This document shows, piece after piece, positions 51,188 through 61,376 of a DNA stretch of 64,000 nucleotides. The notes below the pieces were generated by a model. It saw only the letters and a list, made by a program, of their open reading frames with translations. It ran no database searches and was not told the origin of the DNA. The position numbers and the translations under genes were made by a program. Within the stretch, counting starts at the first letter, position 1. Each line of letters starts with the position of its first letter. Source of the DNA: Candidatus Cloacimonadota bacterium (lineage in GTDB: Bacteria > Cloacimonadota > Cloacimonadia > Cloacimonadales > WRIO01); assembly GCA_029564175.1 (NCBI GenBank), contig JAKQQL010000437.1, positions 1 through 64,000 on the forward strand, written 5' to 3'.

Positions 51188-52888
51188 TTAACTTTTTCGG
51201 TATTTTAAACGCTCACTGATAGTAAAAACAATGAGTGCTGTTAATATCAAGATTAATGACATATTAGTTGCTGAAGCAAATTGCCTTGCTGAAATATATC
51301 GGTAAATACCCACTGGTATAGTTACAAATCCGTCTGCCAGCATCGAGGCTGAACTGATCTCTCCTAGAGAAATAGCAAATGAAAACATTAACGCTGTGAT
51401 GATTGGATTTATAATCAAAGGTATAATGACTTTGGAATGGACTTTAAAAAATCCAGCTCCAAGACTTTGTGCAGAATATACAATATTTGCATGAATACCA
51501 TCAATCGCATTAGAAACTGAACTATAACTAAATGGCAGACAAATAATCGTCTGAGCTATTATTAAAAGTATAAAGGGTTTTATATTTGCCTGACTAAACA
51601 GAAATAAATAACCTAAACTAAAGGTGATTCCAGAAATTCCTAATGGTAAAAGGATTAAATTTTCGATAAGTCTTCTATACTTGAATCCTGATAAGGAAAT
51701 CCTAAACATTAAGCTAATTCCTACTGAAAAAAATGATACAAGAAGTCCCAGTACCAGACTGTTCAGAACTGGTTGAAACATGTTTGATCCAATTATCGGA
51801 TCGTATTGAAAAAGTTCTGATAAATAGGAACTGTAATTTTTAAATGCAAATACGAAAATTGATAATAAAGGTGCTATGGTAAATATCATAAATAGAATTA
51901 AAGTCGTAATTGAAAGTATTTTTATAATATTCAACTGTTTAAACAACGGTGTAACAAAATTTTCCGATCCTCTGATCATTCCTGAAATATGTGCTTGTTT
52001 TCTTGAGAAATAGTATGAAAGATTTAACATAACAACAGACATAAGAATCTGAACAAAACTCAATGCAATCCCTTTTTCAGTTTCCAGAAGATGTTTAACT
52101 AAAATATAGATATTTACTTCGATTGTTGTATATTTCACATCTCCTAAGACTAATACGATACCAAATGACATAAAGCAATAGAGAAATATGAGTAAAGAAA
52201 CATTTAGCAGAGAGGGAGTTATACAAGGAATGATTACCTTTACAAAGGTTTGAAATTTATTTTTTCCTAGAGTTCGAGCTGCAATAATCAAATGCTTATT
52301 AAAGTTTTCAAGTGTATCACCAAGCATTTTAATAAACAGAGGAACATTGTAAAAAGCATGTGCAAGAAGTATTGCTTTTAATGAATATAATACTGATACT
52401 TTCAGATTAAGGAGCGATAAAAATTGATTGATAAATCCCTGTTGTCCATAAAACAGGATAAAACCAAGTGCCACTGTTATCCCTGGCAAAACAAAGGGAA
52501 TCATGCAAATTGCCTTTATTAACTTTTTTCCTGGGAAATCATAGTTGGTTAAAATAAACGTAATGGGTAAACCGATTAAAATAGTTAAAAACAAACTATA
52601 AACAGCCTGTTTAAAAGTAAAAAGAATAACAGATTGTTGCCAGGGTTGTGTTAAAACATTTTTAATAATATCAAAACTAAAGATTCCATTAGAATAAAAC
52701 GCTTTTTTAAGAATAAATAGTAGCGGATAATAAAAAAATACCACCAGAAAAGCCAGTGGTAATATGAGTAAAAGTCTGTTTTGAAGACTGCCTGACTGAG
52801 AAAAATGATATTTTATTTGAAAATCTGATAAAGAAGATGCTTTAGTAAACTGGCAAGAGGTCTTTTTTGAGAACAATTTAACTCTCAT
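51188..52888 (-). CDS. ABC permease, ThiP/FbpB type (duplicated)
   Basis: PFVLPG, LAHAFYNVP, two EAA-like loops (AARTLG, SAQSLGA), FAISLGE. Confidence 0.88.
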   Translation of the reverse strand: MRVKLFSKKTSCQFTKASSLSDFQIKYHFSQSGSLQNRLLLILPLAFLVVFFYYPLLFILKKAFYSNGIFSFDIIKNVLTQPWQQSVILFTFKQAVYSLFLTILIGLPITFILTNYDFPGKKLIKAICMIPFVLPGITVALGFILFYGQQGFINQFLSLLNLKVSVLYSLKAILLAHAFYNVPLFIKMLGDTLENFNKHLIIAARTLGKNKFQTFVKVIIPCITPSLLNVSLLIFLYCFMSFGIVLVLGDVKYTTIEVNIYILVKHLLETEKGIALSFVQILMSVVMLNLSYYFSRKQAHISGMIRGSENFVTPLFKQLNIIKILSITTLILFMIFTIAPLLSIFVFAFKNYSSYLSELFQYDPIIGSNMFQPVLNSLVLGLLVSFFSVGISLMFRISLSGFKYRRLIENLILLPLGISGITFSLGYLFLFSQANIKPFILLIIAQTIICLPFSYSSVSNAIDGIHANIVYSAQSLGAGFFKVHSKVIIPLIINPIITALMFSFAISLGEISSASMLADGFVTIPVGIYRYISARQFASATNMSLILILTALIVFTISERLKYRKS

Positions 52889-53688
52889 CAGAAGAGTTTG
52901 GTTTTTCGTTCTTTATTTTCATTTACAAATCCTTCAATAGGTTTTTCTGCTGTTACAGCATACCATTCAATCTTTTCAAGATCTGTTTGTCCACTATCAC
53001 CTAATTTGCATACCTTTATATTTTGATAATTCATTCCTTCAAGTACTTGTCTTAAGAGTTCATAACTAAATGGATAGTAGATTTCATAGAACTGCCGTTT
53101 ACTGACAATTTTATTTTCTAATTCTTCAAATACAAGATAATTAAATGTAATAGACCCATTTTTATTATAATCCCAAACTTGTACGTAATTCACTCGGCCT
53201 TTATCTCGAATAACAGGATTAAAAAGATAAAAGCGTTGCTTTCTTTTCAGTATGTTATCCCAGTTACGACTATCAATATATAGCGTTCCTCCAGGCCTGA
53301 GCATTTTGTCCATTTGTAAAATTACATTTTTAAGTTCGTCATTTTTGCTGTGTGCCAAAGAATTACCAGAACACATGACGCAATCAAAATCTCTTTTTAT
53401 ATTCTTGCTCAGTTCTTTATAGTCGCTGATAACAAACTGGGCAATTAGATTTTCTTTTGCAAAGTTAGTTTTCGCTTTTCGAATCATATTTGGGTTAATA
53501 TCGGAACCGGTGCATGAATATCCCAGTCTCGCCATGGGTAAAAGCATTTTGCCTGTTCCAACAGCACAATCAAATATTTCCTGGAATTTCTTTTTAGAGA
53601 AAAGGGATTTATAAAAAGTCAGACATTCAGATTCAAATGCTTCTGAGTAAAATAAATCATATACTTCTGGAAAATCATAAAATCTCAT
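52888..53688 (-). CDS. Class I SAM-dependent methyltransferase
   Basis: FDCAVGTG, CSGNSLAH, LRPGG. Confidence 0.88.
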   Translation of the reverse strand: MRFYDFPEVYDLFYSEAFESECLTFYKSLFSKKKFQEIFDCAVGTGKMLLPMARLGYSCTGSDINPNMIRKAKTNFAKENLIAQFVISDYKELSKNIKRDFDCVMCSGNSLAHSKNDELKNVILQMDKMLRPGGTLYIDSRNWDNILKRKQRFYLFNPVIRDKGRVNYVQVWDYNKNGSITFNYLVFEELENKIVSKRQFYEIYYPFSYELLRQVLEGMNYQNIKVCKLGDSGQTDLEKIEWYAVTAEKPIEGFVNENKERKTKLF

Positions 53689-53717
53689 CTGTACCTGTTT
53701 TCTTCTTTAATGTAAAC

Positions 53718-53742
53718 GGGGTCAGCTTAAAAAACTGACCCC
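53718..53742 (-). terminator. Hairpin after the oxidoreductase operon
   Basis: GGGGTCAG...CTGACCCC stem. Confidence 0.65.
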
Positions 53743-53758
53743 TTTATAATAGTGATTA

Positions 53759-54301
53759 TTAAGCTTCTGTTGCGATTTTGATTCCTTCCTGAATTGCTTT
53801 GAGGTTTTTTTCAAGTAATGCAGGATTTTTTTCTTTCATCGCTTTTGTTAAATATGCTTCGATTGTTTCAAATTTTATGGTCTGTGTTTTCCCTATAATG
53901 ATACCGATTGGAATCATATTTAAGACTTTCACATCACCAATTTCACTTGAAATTTGATTCATTGGGACAACATAATAGGTTAATCCATCAATCTTATTTA
54001 TTTCAGGGCACATATCAGAATTAACAATTACAATACCGCCTTTTTTTACGTCTGGAGCAAATTTATCGAGGGAAGGCTGATTTAATGCAACCAGGATATC
54101 AGGAAAAGATACGAGTGGAGAAGCGATAGGTGAATCGGATACAACGGTAGCTACATTCGCTGTACCACCACGCATTTCAGGACCATAAGAAGGTAACCAT
54201 GACACGTTTTTACCTTCAGTCATAGCTGACTGAGCGATGAATTTTCCAATGGTTAAAGCACCTTGTCCGCCGAAACCGGAGAATACCATTTCTGATTTCA
54301 T
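53759..54301 (-). CDS. 2-oxoacid:ferredoxin oxidoreductase gamma subunit
   Basis: SGFGGQG, WLPSYGPEMRGGTA. Confidence 0.92.
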   Translation of the reverse strand: MKSEMVFSGFGGQGALTIGKFIAQSAMTEGKNVSWLPSYGPEMRGGTANVATVVSDSPIASPLVSFPDILVALNQPSLDKFAPDVKKGGIVIVNSDMCPEINKIDGLTYYVVPMNQISSEIGDVKVLNMIPIGIIIGKTQTIKFETIEAYLTKAMKEKNPALLEKNLKAIQEGIKIATEA

Positions 54302-55053
54302 TTCTGACCTCCTTCTACACCTTTATCTCTGAAATTTCCTACTTTGAAATAAGGTAACATATTATCTTTTGCCCATGTAAGAGATTTCACAGGATCAAGA
54401 CCCCAATTAGTAGGACAGGTTGATACAAATTCTATAAAAGTAAAGCCACGTTCTTCTTTATTGTAAGTCAGCGCTTTTAAAACGGTTTTCTTAGCTTTCA
54501 TAATATCCTGAGGTGTTAAAAGAGATACTCTTTCAATGAAATATGGGGCATCAAGTGTATTCAGTAATTCTGATACTCTGATAGGGAAGCCGATATCATC
54601 AGTATCTCTTCCGTAAGGCGATGTAGTTGTTTTCATACCAGGGAGAGTGGTTGGAGCCATCTGTCCGCCGGTCATACCATAAATCGCATTGTTTACAAAG
54701 AAAACAGACATGTGTTCACCACGATTGGCAGCATGAACTATTTCTGCTGTACCAATAGCAGCTAAGTCACCATCACCCTGATAAGTAAATACTTTCATAT
54801 CAGGACGAGCTCTCTTCATACCGGTCGCTACGGCTGGAGCACGACCATGAGCAGCCTGTGCCATGTCAAAATCGAAAAATTTATATGCAAAGACAGAGCA
54901 ACCCACAGGAGCTACACCTGTCATAACATCTTTTAAACCAAGTTCATCTACAGCTTCTGCGATAAGACGATGTGCAACGCCATGCAGACAGCCAGGACAA
55001 TATGTAAATCCGAGTTCACGGAGTGAATCAGGTCTTTTTGCTATAACTGTCAT
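54298..55053 (-). CDS. 2-oxoacid:ferredoxin oxidoreductase beta (TPP-binding) subunit
   Basis: YCPGCLHG, HGRAPA, YQGDGD, NNAIYGMTGGQ, CPTNW. Confidence 0.92.
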   Translation of the reverse strand: MTVIAKRPDSLRELGFTYCPGCLHGVAHRLIAEAVDELGLKDVMTGVAPVGCSVFAYKFFDFDMAQAAHGRAPAVATGMKRARPDMKVFTYQGDGDLAAIGTAEIVHAANRGEHMSVFFVNNAIYGMTGGQMAPTTLPGMKTTTSPYGRDTDDIGFPIRVSELLNTLDAPYFIERVSLLTPQDIMKAKKTVLKALTYNKEERGFTFIEFVSTCPTNWGLDPVKSLTWAKDNMLPYFKVGNFRDKGVEGGQK

Positions 55054-55062
55054 GAAATTCTC

Positions 55063-56145
55063 CTATAAATTTGCTTTTATTTTTTCTTTAATTTCTTCAG
55101 GGGTAAATACAATACCGCCCACTTTACCCATAAAATCAACCGGTACTTTACCATTTACGGCAAGTTTTACGTCTTCTACCATCTGACCAAGATTCAATTC
55201 AAAAACCATGACACGTTTCACTTTTCCATGAACCGCTTTTTCAATTTCTTTGTAAGGATAAGGCCATACAGTGATTGGACGAATTAAACCGATATTGCGA
55301 CCTTCTGCATTTAAATCATCAATCGCAGATTTAACGATACGGGCTGCTGTACCAAAAGCAACACAGACAATTTCATTATCGTCATTTAAATGATATTCTT
55401 CAAGTTTCACTTCATTTTCACAGATATGATTGTATTTCTTTTCTAAATTCAATACATGTGTTTCAAGTACTTTTGGGTCAATTTCCAGAGAATTGATTTC
55501 ATTATGATGATGCCCTGCACCTGCTTCATTATTATGAATACACCATTCATAATGTTGTTTTCCCATTTCTTCCATTTCAGCTTCTGTTTTATATTCTTTG
55601 AATTCAACAGGTTCCATCATCTGACCTAATAAACCGTCTGATAAAATCATTACAGGGATTCTGTATTTATCTGCTAAATCAAAGGCATCTGATGCCATAT
55701 CGGCAAATTCCTGAACAGAACTTGGCGCAAGCGTAATACAATGATAATCGCCATGTCCGCCACCTTTGGTTGCCTGGAAATAATCACCCTGTGCAGGTTG
55801 AATATCACCAAGACCAGGACCACCACGCTGTACGTTAACGATCACTGCAGGTAACTCTGCACCAGCAATATAAGAAATACCTTCCATTTTTAAAGAAATA
55901 CCAGGTGAAGAAGAAGAAGTCATTACTCTTTTTCCCATTCCGGCAGCACCGTAAACCATATTAATTGCAGAGACTTCACTCTCTGCTTGTAAGAAAGTTC
56001 CTTTTACTTTTGGCATCATCTTTGCCATATATTCGATCAATTCACTCTGAGGGGTGATTGGGTATGCAAAATACAATCTGCAACCTGAACGAATCGCTGC
56101 TTCTGCGACAGCTTCATTACCTTTCATTAAAACCTTGTTACCCAT
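55063..56145 (-). CDS. vorB: 2-oxoacid:ferredoxin oxidoreductase alpha subunit (VorB-like)
   Basis: MKGNEA, YPITPQSE, QAESEV, TSSSSPGISLK, RGGPGLGDIQPAQGDYFQ. Confidence 0.88.
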   Translation of the reverse strand: MGNKVLMKGNEAVAEAAIRSGCRLYFAYPITPQSELIEYMAKMMPKVKGTFLQAESEVSAINMVYGAAGMGKRVMTSSSSPGISLKMEGISYIAGAELPAVIVNVQRGGPGLGDIQPAQGDYFQATKGGGHGDYHCITLAPSSVQEFADMASDAFDLADKYRIPVMILSDGLLGQMMEPVEFKEYKTEAEMEEMGKQHYEWCIHNNEAGAGHHHNEINSLEIDPKVLETHVLNLEKKYNHICENEVKLEEYHLNDDNEIVCVAFGTAARIVKSAIDDLNAEGRNIGLIRPITVWPYPYKEIEKAVHGKVKRVMVFELNLGQMVEDVKLAVNGKVPVDFMGKVGGIVFTPEEIKEKIKANL

Positions 56146-56154
56146 CTTTCCTCC

Positions 56155-56358
56155 TTACTTCTCGATTGTTATCGCTACATCGGGACAAATTGTGTAACAC
56201 ATTTTACATGCGATACAAGCTTCCTGGTCAAAACATTCCGCGTAATGATAACCCTTTACGTTAATCTTCTCGGAAAATCTGATGATTTTTTTGGGGCATG
56301 CATGAATACATAACCCACAGCCTTTACAGTAGTTAGGATCAACCGTCATCTTAGGCAT
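56155..56358 (-). CDS. Cytoplasmic 2x[4Fe-4S] ferredoxin (delta subunit)
   Basis: CKGCGLCIHACP and CIACKMCYTICPD; no signal peptide. Confidence 0.92.
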   Translation of the reverse strand: MPKMTVDPNYCKGCGLCIHACPKKIIRFSEKINVKGYHYAECFDQEACIACKMCYTICPDVAITIEK

Positions 56359-56598
56359 ATTGGCTCTCCTTTATAATAGATTTTCATTATTAGTCAAATT
56401 TTCTAATACCCTTTATTTTTTGTCAACTCTTATTTTTGCTTTTTCGATTTTGAGCTTTAATCTATTCTCTTATAATAAGTTAATCAAATTCTCATTTGCT
56501 CTGATTTTATTTCCTAATTATTCTATCTTTATCTGAGGCATTTAGTTAATGAAAATTCATCTAATTTTTGATAATTTTTACTTACTTTTTTCTTTCCT

Positions 56599-56631
56599 TT
56601 CCTTATCCTATCCTTATTGCTTCCTTATCTC
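56599..56631. repeat. Degenerate 11-bp tandem repeat (TTCCTTATC core), 3 copies
   Basis: ttccttatcct/atccttattgc/ttccttatctc. Confidence 0.7.
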
Positions 56632-56668
56632 TTATTATACTTATATAAATTTATATTTTAAATGATTA

Positions 56669-57451
56669 TCAGGCATATGTATCTATGATTGAACCTGTAC
56701 CAGAAGCAGTTGAAGCTGATACACTTTTGTCTGTTGTTGTTTTTGTCTCAGGAACCTGGAATTTAGTCTGAGAAATATACATTCCTCTGGTGATTGTATT
56801 AAAATTAAAAACTTCCTTTGAATCATTATCGGAGTAATAAACTGTTTTTTTAAAAGCAAACATTAAACCGTTTACTTTTCGATAATCATCATAATCTATC
56901 TGTGTCTTTGAGCCGTCAATATCCTTTACTTCTCTTTTTAAAAGATAAGTTGAAGTATCGAAATATTGATGCCTTATCTCATTTGTTTTTGTATTTTTTA
57001 AAGTTATTTCATAGTATTTCTTACTGTCAATTGAAACTTTTCTGGAAGAACTGACTTTAATAATGCCATTATTTGCTGCTGTATAATCGTAATTTTCCAT
57101 CATTGTTTTAATTTTACGTTCTGGTGTATCTTTATCGTCTAAAGTGTTCAATTTCCCTTTGTCAACCACCCAAAGCGTTTCTCCGTCATCTCCAGTTTGA
57201 TAAATTTTACTGGAGTATTGACTGTATATTTTTCTGGATTTCGATGGTTTATCTCTCCATTCTTCATACTCATACTCAACAGAATTAACGGATACAGAAC
57301 CTTTTAAATATACAGATTTATTACTTTTGGCTTTATCTTCGCCACCTATTGCCAAAAAATGCATTTTAAAAACAGCATAGGGGTCTATCTTCCCACTATT
57401 CCTTTCAATAGTGAGTTGCTTTCCATTAACAATCCCTGTTATCTCTGCCAT
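56669..57451 (-). CDS. Hypothetical protein, LolA-like/lipoprotein-sorting fold suspected, no signal peptide
   Basis: AIGG, YFDTSTYLL, YDDYRKVNGLMFAF, F.VP pattern; tail GTGSIIDTYA. Confidence 0.65.
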   Translation of the reverse strand: MAEITGIVNGKQLTIERNSGKIDPYAVFKMHFLAIGGEDKAKSNKSVYLKGSVSVNSVEYEYEEWRDKPSKSRKIYSQYSSKIYQTGDDGETLWVVDKGKLNTLDDKDTPERKIKTMMENYDYTAANNGIIKVSSSRKVSIDSKKYYEITLKNTKTNEIRHQYFDTSTYLLKREVKDIDGSKTQIDYDDYRKVNGLMFAFKKTVYYSDNDSKEVFNFNTITRGMYISQTKFQVPETKTTTDKSVSASTASGTGSIIDTYA

Positions 57452-57473
57452 CGGAACTCCCTTTCCTAATGTA

Positions 57474-57501
57474 ATATCGTATGACTATATCAATAAGTTT
57501 A
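57474..57501 (-). promoter_or_regulatory. Candidate sigma28 (FliA/SigD) promoter
   Basis: Minus strand TAAA-16 nt-TACGATAT versus consensus TAAA-N15/16-GCCGATAW. Confidence 0.5.
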
Positions 57502-57640
57502 GAAAATTCAGTATAATTTCTTTTTTTAAGTATGTAGCTTTAAGTTTAACATTTCGGTAATTTAGTAAAAATCAACATTAAAAGTCATAACTTTATTTAA
57601 AAATACGCCTGATTAAACAGAAATTAATGCCTACAAATGA

Positions 57641-57666
57641 TAAGGAGAGCTTTTCAGCTCTCCTTA
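57641..57666 (-). terminator. Hairpin after secF
   Basis: TAAGGAGAGCT-TTTC-AGCTCTCCTTA perfect stem. Confidence 0.7.
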
Positions 57667-57690
57667 ATCGTATAAAGGTTCTTTAGAATC

Positions 57691-58593
57691 TTATTTCTTT
57701 TTAGTTGTTTTTTTGTAAGCGATAACGGTATCAAGCACTAATGATGCTGCAACGAAGATGGAAGAATAAGTACCGATCAGAATACCAACAAAAAGCGTTA
57801 ATGCGAAATCACGAATTACTGGACCGCCCCAAATCAGTAACGCACCATCAGCTAACAGGGTTGTTAAACTGGTGATAATCGTACGGCTAAGGGTAGAGTT
57901 GATACTACGATTAAACACATGATATTCATCATCTTTACGGAAGTTCTTCAGATCCTCACGAATACGGTCAAACACAACGATAGTATCATTGATTGAATAA
58001 CCGACAACTGTTAATAAAGCGGCTAAAACAGTCATACCGATTTCAACATTCATAATTGAAAGTATTCCAACAGTAATCATTGTATCATGGAAAAGTGAAA
58101 TTGCCGCTGAGATACCCCAGGAAAATCTGAAACGAATCCAGATGTAAATCAGAATAAAGAAAATTGCAATTAATACAGCTCTGATTGCCTGATTTCTCAG
58201 TTCAAAGCCTGCTTTTGGTCCAACTTCTTCTTCCTGAATCACAAAATTTCCTTGTGTTGAAGCAGGGAAACTTGTCTTTAAAGCCTGTTTAATTTTCTGT
58301 CCGGCATTTTCGGTACTCTTGGTTTTAATAATGAATCCACCATTATTATCTTCAAGCTGTTGAATTTCTGCATCTTTAAAACCAACACTTGCTAAAGCAT
58401 CACGTACCTGATCAACCTGTGCATCTTTCAATTCCACCTGAAGCATTAAACCACCTGTGAAATCGATATTATATTTAATCCCTTTATGAACTGCAATTGA
58501 TATCATGCCAATCAGAATCAATGCAACAGATATGACGTAGCATATCTTACGAATTCCCATAAAATCAAGATGAGTTTCTTTCAGTAATTGCAT
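57691..58593 (-). CDS. secF: Protein translocase subunit SecF
   Basis: IDFTGG, VGP, GYSINDTIVVFDRIRE, LSRTIITS, GTYSSIFVA. Confidence 0.96.
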   Translation of the reverse strand: MQLLKETHLDFMGIRKICYVISVALILIGMISIAVHKGIKYNIDFTGGLMLQVELKDAQVDQVRDALASVGFKDAEIQQLEDNNGGFIIKTKSTENAGQKIKQALKTSFPASTQGNFVIQEEEVGPKAGFELRNQAIRAVLIAIFFILIYIWIRFRFSWGISAAISLFHDTMITVGILSIMNVEIGMTVLAALLTVVGYSINDTIVVFDRIREDLKNFRKDDEYHVFNRSINSTLSRTIITSLTTLLADGALLIWGGPVIRDFALTLFVGILIGTYSSIFVAASLVLDTVIAYKKTTKKK

Positions 58594-58602
58594 TTTTTCC
58601 TC

Positions 58603-60216
58603 CTAAATACTCAGTTTGCTACGGTTTTTATTGGTAATAAAATTATCAAAGATGGCATTACTAACAATAATAGCAGTAAACATAGAAGAAATAATACCAA
58701 TAGAAAGGGTAACAGCAAAACCACGAATAGCGCCTGTACCAAACTGATAAAGGATAGCAGCGGTAATCAGGGTAGTGATATTAGCGTCAAGAATGGTTAC
58801 AGTAGCTCTGTTGAAACCATTATCAACTGCATTACGAACAGTCTTACCATTTTTTAATTCTTCTCTGATTCTTTCAAAAATCAATACGTTTGCATCCACA
58901 GCCATACCAATCGTCAGAATAATACCGGCAATACCTGGTAAGGTAAGAGTAGCATTAAAGAAAGTTAAAGCCGCAAAGATAAAACAGATGTTTAATGATA
59001 AAGCAATTGTAGCAATGATACCAGATAACTGATAATAAATGATCATAAATAATACAACCAGTAAAGCACCCAGTAAACCAGCCATTAAACCGGAATGGAT
59101 ACTGTCAGCACCTAAGCTTGGTCCGATAGAAGAAGTCTTACCGATATTAACCGGAGCAGGTAAATTTCCGGCTTTAAGAACGATTACTAAGTCATTACAT
59201 TCTTCAAGCGTAAATTTTCCGGTAATCTGAGCTTCTCCACCTCTAATTCGGTCTGCAATATTAGGCGCAACATAAACTGTATTATCAAGCACAATCGCTA
59301 ATCTTCTGTTAATATTAGCACCAGTTACTTTTTCAAAGATTCTCGCACCTTCACGATTGAATTTTAAAGAGATATAAGGTTGGTTTGCATTTTTAAAATC
59401 ATTTTCACTTGAGATTCTGACAATTGCTTCACTCAGATATTTACCTTCCAGTTCTGCACGATTGTATAAGAAATAAACAGGGACATCACCATTAGGATTT
59501 TGAACATCTTCTTTACCTAAAAGAATCTGATATCCGGTTGGGATATTATTGGTAAAAGTAGTATCAGCAAGTAATTTTTGGAAATCTTCTTTATAAGAAC
59601 TTGAAATACTAAATGGTTCCATACCAGAATTAATAATCATAGAAAAATATTTTTCTTTATCGTCAACACTCAGAGAATCTGTTTTTAAAGAATCACTTTT
59701 TGTTTTGATTAATTTGTCAGTTGAAGGGCTATCCACTTTTAAGTCTTTAAAATTGTGTTTCGCCAGATTTTTTGCCATATAGGCATCTAATCGGTTAATA
59801 AGTTGTTTGCTTTCTTCGTCTTGAAGTAACAATTTGAATTCTAAAAGTGCAGTTTTACCAATCAGTTCTTTTGCTCTTTCAGAATCTTTTAAGCCAGGTA
59901 ACTGAATGACAATCTTGTTTTCACCCACTAATTGAATAGAAGGTTCTGCCACGCCAAAATAATCCACACGATTACGGATTACTTCCAATGCTGTTTTAAC
60001 AGCACTTTCTTTGTCTTTTTGAGGTACATTTGTTAAGTCAACATACAAGTCAATCTGTGATCCACCCTGTAAGTCCAGCCCTAGTTTCAGCTTTTCTGGC
60101 CAGATCTTTTCTGAAATAAAAGATGGTCTTTCGCTGATCAATACGGGTGCTAAATAGTAGAGGGTTACTAATAGAAAGATCACGATGAGGATTGCACGGT
60201 ATTTTGATTTTTTCAT
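58603..60216 (-). CDS. secD: Protein translocase subunit SecD
   Basis: KLGLDLQGG, RVDYFGVAEP, IGPSLG, GMAVDANVLIFERIREE. Confidence 0.96.
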   Translation of the reverse strand: MKKSKYRAILIVIFLLVTLYYLAPVLISERPSFISEKIWPEKLKLGLDLQGGSQIDLYVDLTNVPQKDKESAVKTALEVIRNRVDYFGVAEPSIQLVGENKIVIQLPGLKDSERAKELIGKTALLEFKLLLQDEESKQLINRLDAYMAKNLAKHNFKDLKVDSPSTDKLIKTKSDSLKTDSLSVDDKEKYFSMIINSGMEPFSISSSYKEDFQKLLADTTFTNNIPTGYQILLGKEDVQNPNGDVPVYFLYNRAELEGKYLSEAIVRISSENDFKNANQPYISLKFNREGARIFEKVTGANINRRLAIVLDNTVYVAPNIADRIRGGEAQITGKFTLEECNDLVIVLKAGNLPAPVNIGKTSSIGPSLGADSIHSGLMAGLLGALLVVLFMIIYYQLSGIIATIALSLNICFIFAALTFFNATLTLPGIAGIILTIGMAVDANVLIFERIREELKNGKTVRNAVDNGFNRATVTILDANITTLITAAILYQFGTGAIRGFAVTLSIGIISSMFTAIIVSNAIFDNFITNKNRSKLSI

Positions 60217-60392
60217 TCGAACTCAACTCCCTTTATTTTATTTTATTATTTATGGATTTCCTTATCAGGATTGATTTCAAAATCCAATATACTTTATTCT
60301 CATTATAAGATCAGAATAAGTACAAATTACAAAAATCTCATTTATCTTAAATCAGTCAAGTAAATAATCAACAATTTTATGTATTGATTGTT

Positions 60393-61139
60393 TTAAATCT
60401 GAATTTTAAACAGATAAGCAATATTTCGAGACTGTATCTGTTGTAACTTTTCAAACGAAATTAGACTATTCTGTTCACAAATCCAATCACATATCTGACT
60501 GATTTGTTCGTACTTCTTAACAATATCCTGCATTTGATTGCATAAATGAATCTCAATATCACTTTCAAAGACATAGCGTTCTGTCTGGATAATATGCAAA
60601 AGAGTTTTCTCATGTATAACTGGCCAAAACTGCCTTGAGCTGATAGAAATGTAGATATCAAATCCTTTATAAATCTCTATAATTTCCTGATTCCCTGTAA
60701 AACCATGTAATATACCCCGAATTTTTGGAAAATTGTTTTTAAGAATTTTGGCAAGCTCGTAATAAGCTTTAACACAATGAAAAACGACTGGTACATCATA
60801 TTGGCTGGCAATATCCAATTGAGGCAATAATAATTTGATTTGTTCATCCATATTTTGATATCGTTTGTCTAAACCACATTCACCTATTCCAACTATTTGC
60901 TTGGTTTTTATAAACTCTTCAATATCACTTAAATCAAAATCAGGCAAATGTTCAAAATATACATAAGGGTGCAAACCAGCAGTATATAGCGTTTTAATGC
61001 CTGGTATTAAAATAGATAAATCTTTTATTGCTGAAATTGAACTAATAAATAAATTGTAATGATTTTCATTCCAAAATTTAAGCAATTCGGTTTGGCTTAT
61101 CAGATTTTGACAATCTAAATGGCAATGTGCATCGATCAT
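60393..61139 (-). CDS. TatD family hydrolase
   Basis: IDAHCH, GLHP, GIGECGLD, FHC, LHGF, ESD. Confidence 0.85.
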   Translation of the reverse strand: MIDAHCHLDCQNLISQTELLKFWNENHYNLFISSISAIKDLSILIPGIKTLYTAGLHPYVYFEHLPDFDLSDIEEFIKTKQIVGIGECGLDKRYQNMDEQIKLLLPQLDIASQYDVPVVFHCVKAYYELAKILKNNFPKIRGILHGFTGNQEIIEIYKGFDIYISISSRQFWPVIHEKTLLHIIQTERYVFESDIEIHLCNQMQDIVKKYEQISQICDWICEQNSLISFEKLQQIQSRNIAYLFKIQI

Positions 61140-61376
61140 TATAATTCCTTATTCACTTTAATCATTGTGTATTTCTTAGTTCAGATACTAAGCTTACAAT
61201 TTAGAAATTAAGGGTTATTTTCTGAAAGATTGCCATAAAGTCAAATCATTTTTTAATTACTTATGCCTGATAATATTGTCCTTAAAATCTAATTAACCTC
61301 AAAGTGGTGATATGATTATAGAAAGCTATTGACAGGGTACCCCCTTTAAAAATATCAGTAATAAAGAAAGGGGAGT

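Noticed and set aside
52889..53760. TPP riboswitch ahead of the ThiP-like permease
   Set aside because: The permease is translationally coupled to the upstream methyltransferase and no TPP aptamer core was recognised, so substrate is left unassigned.
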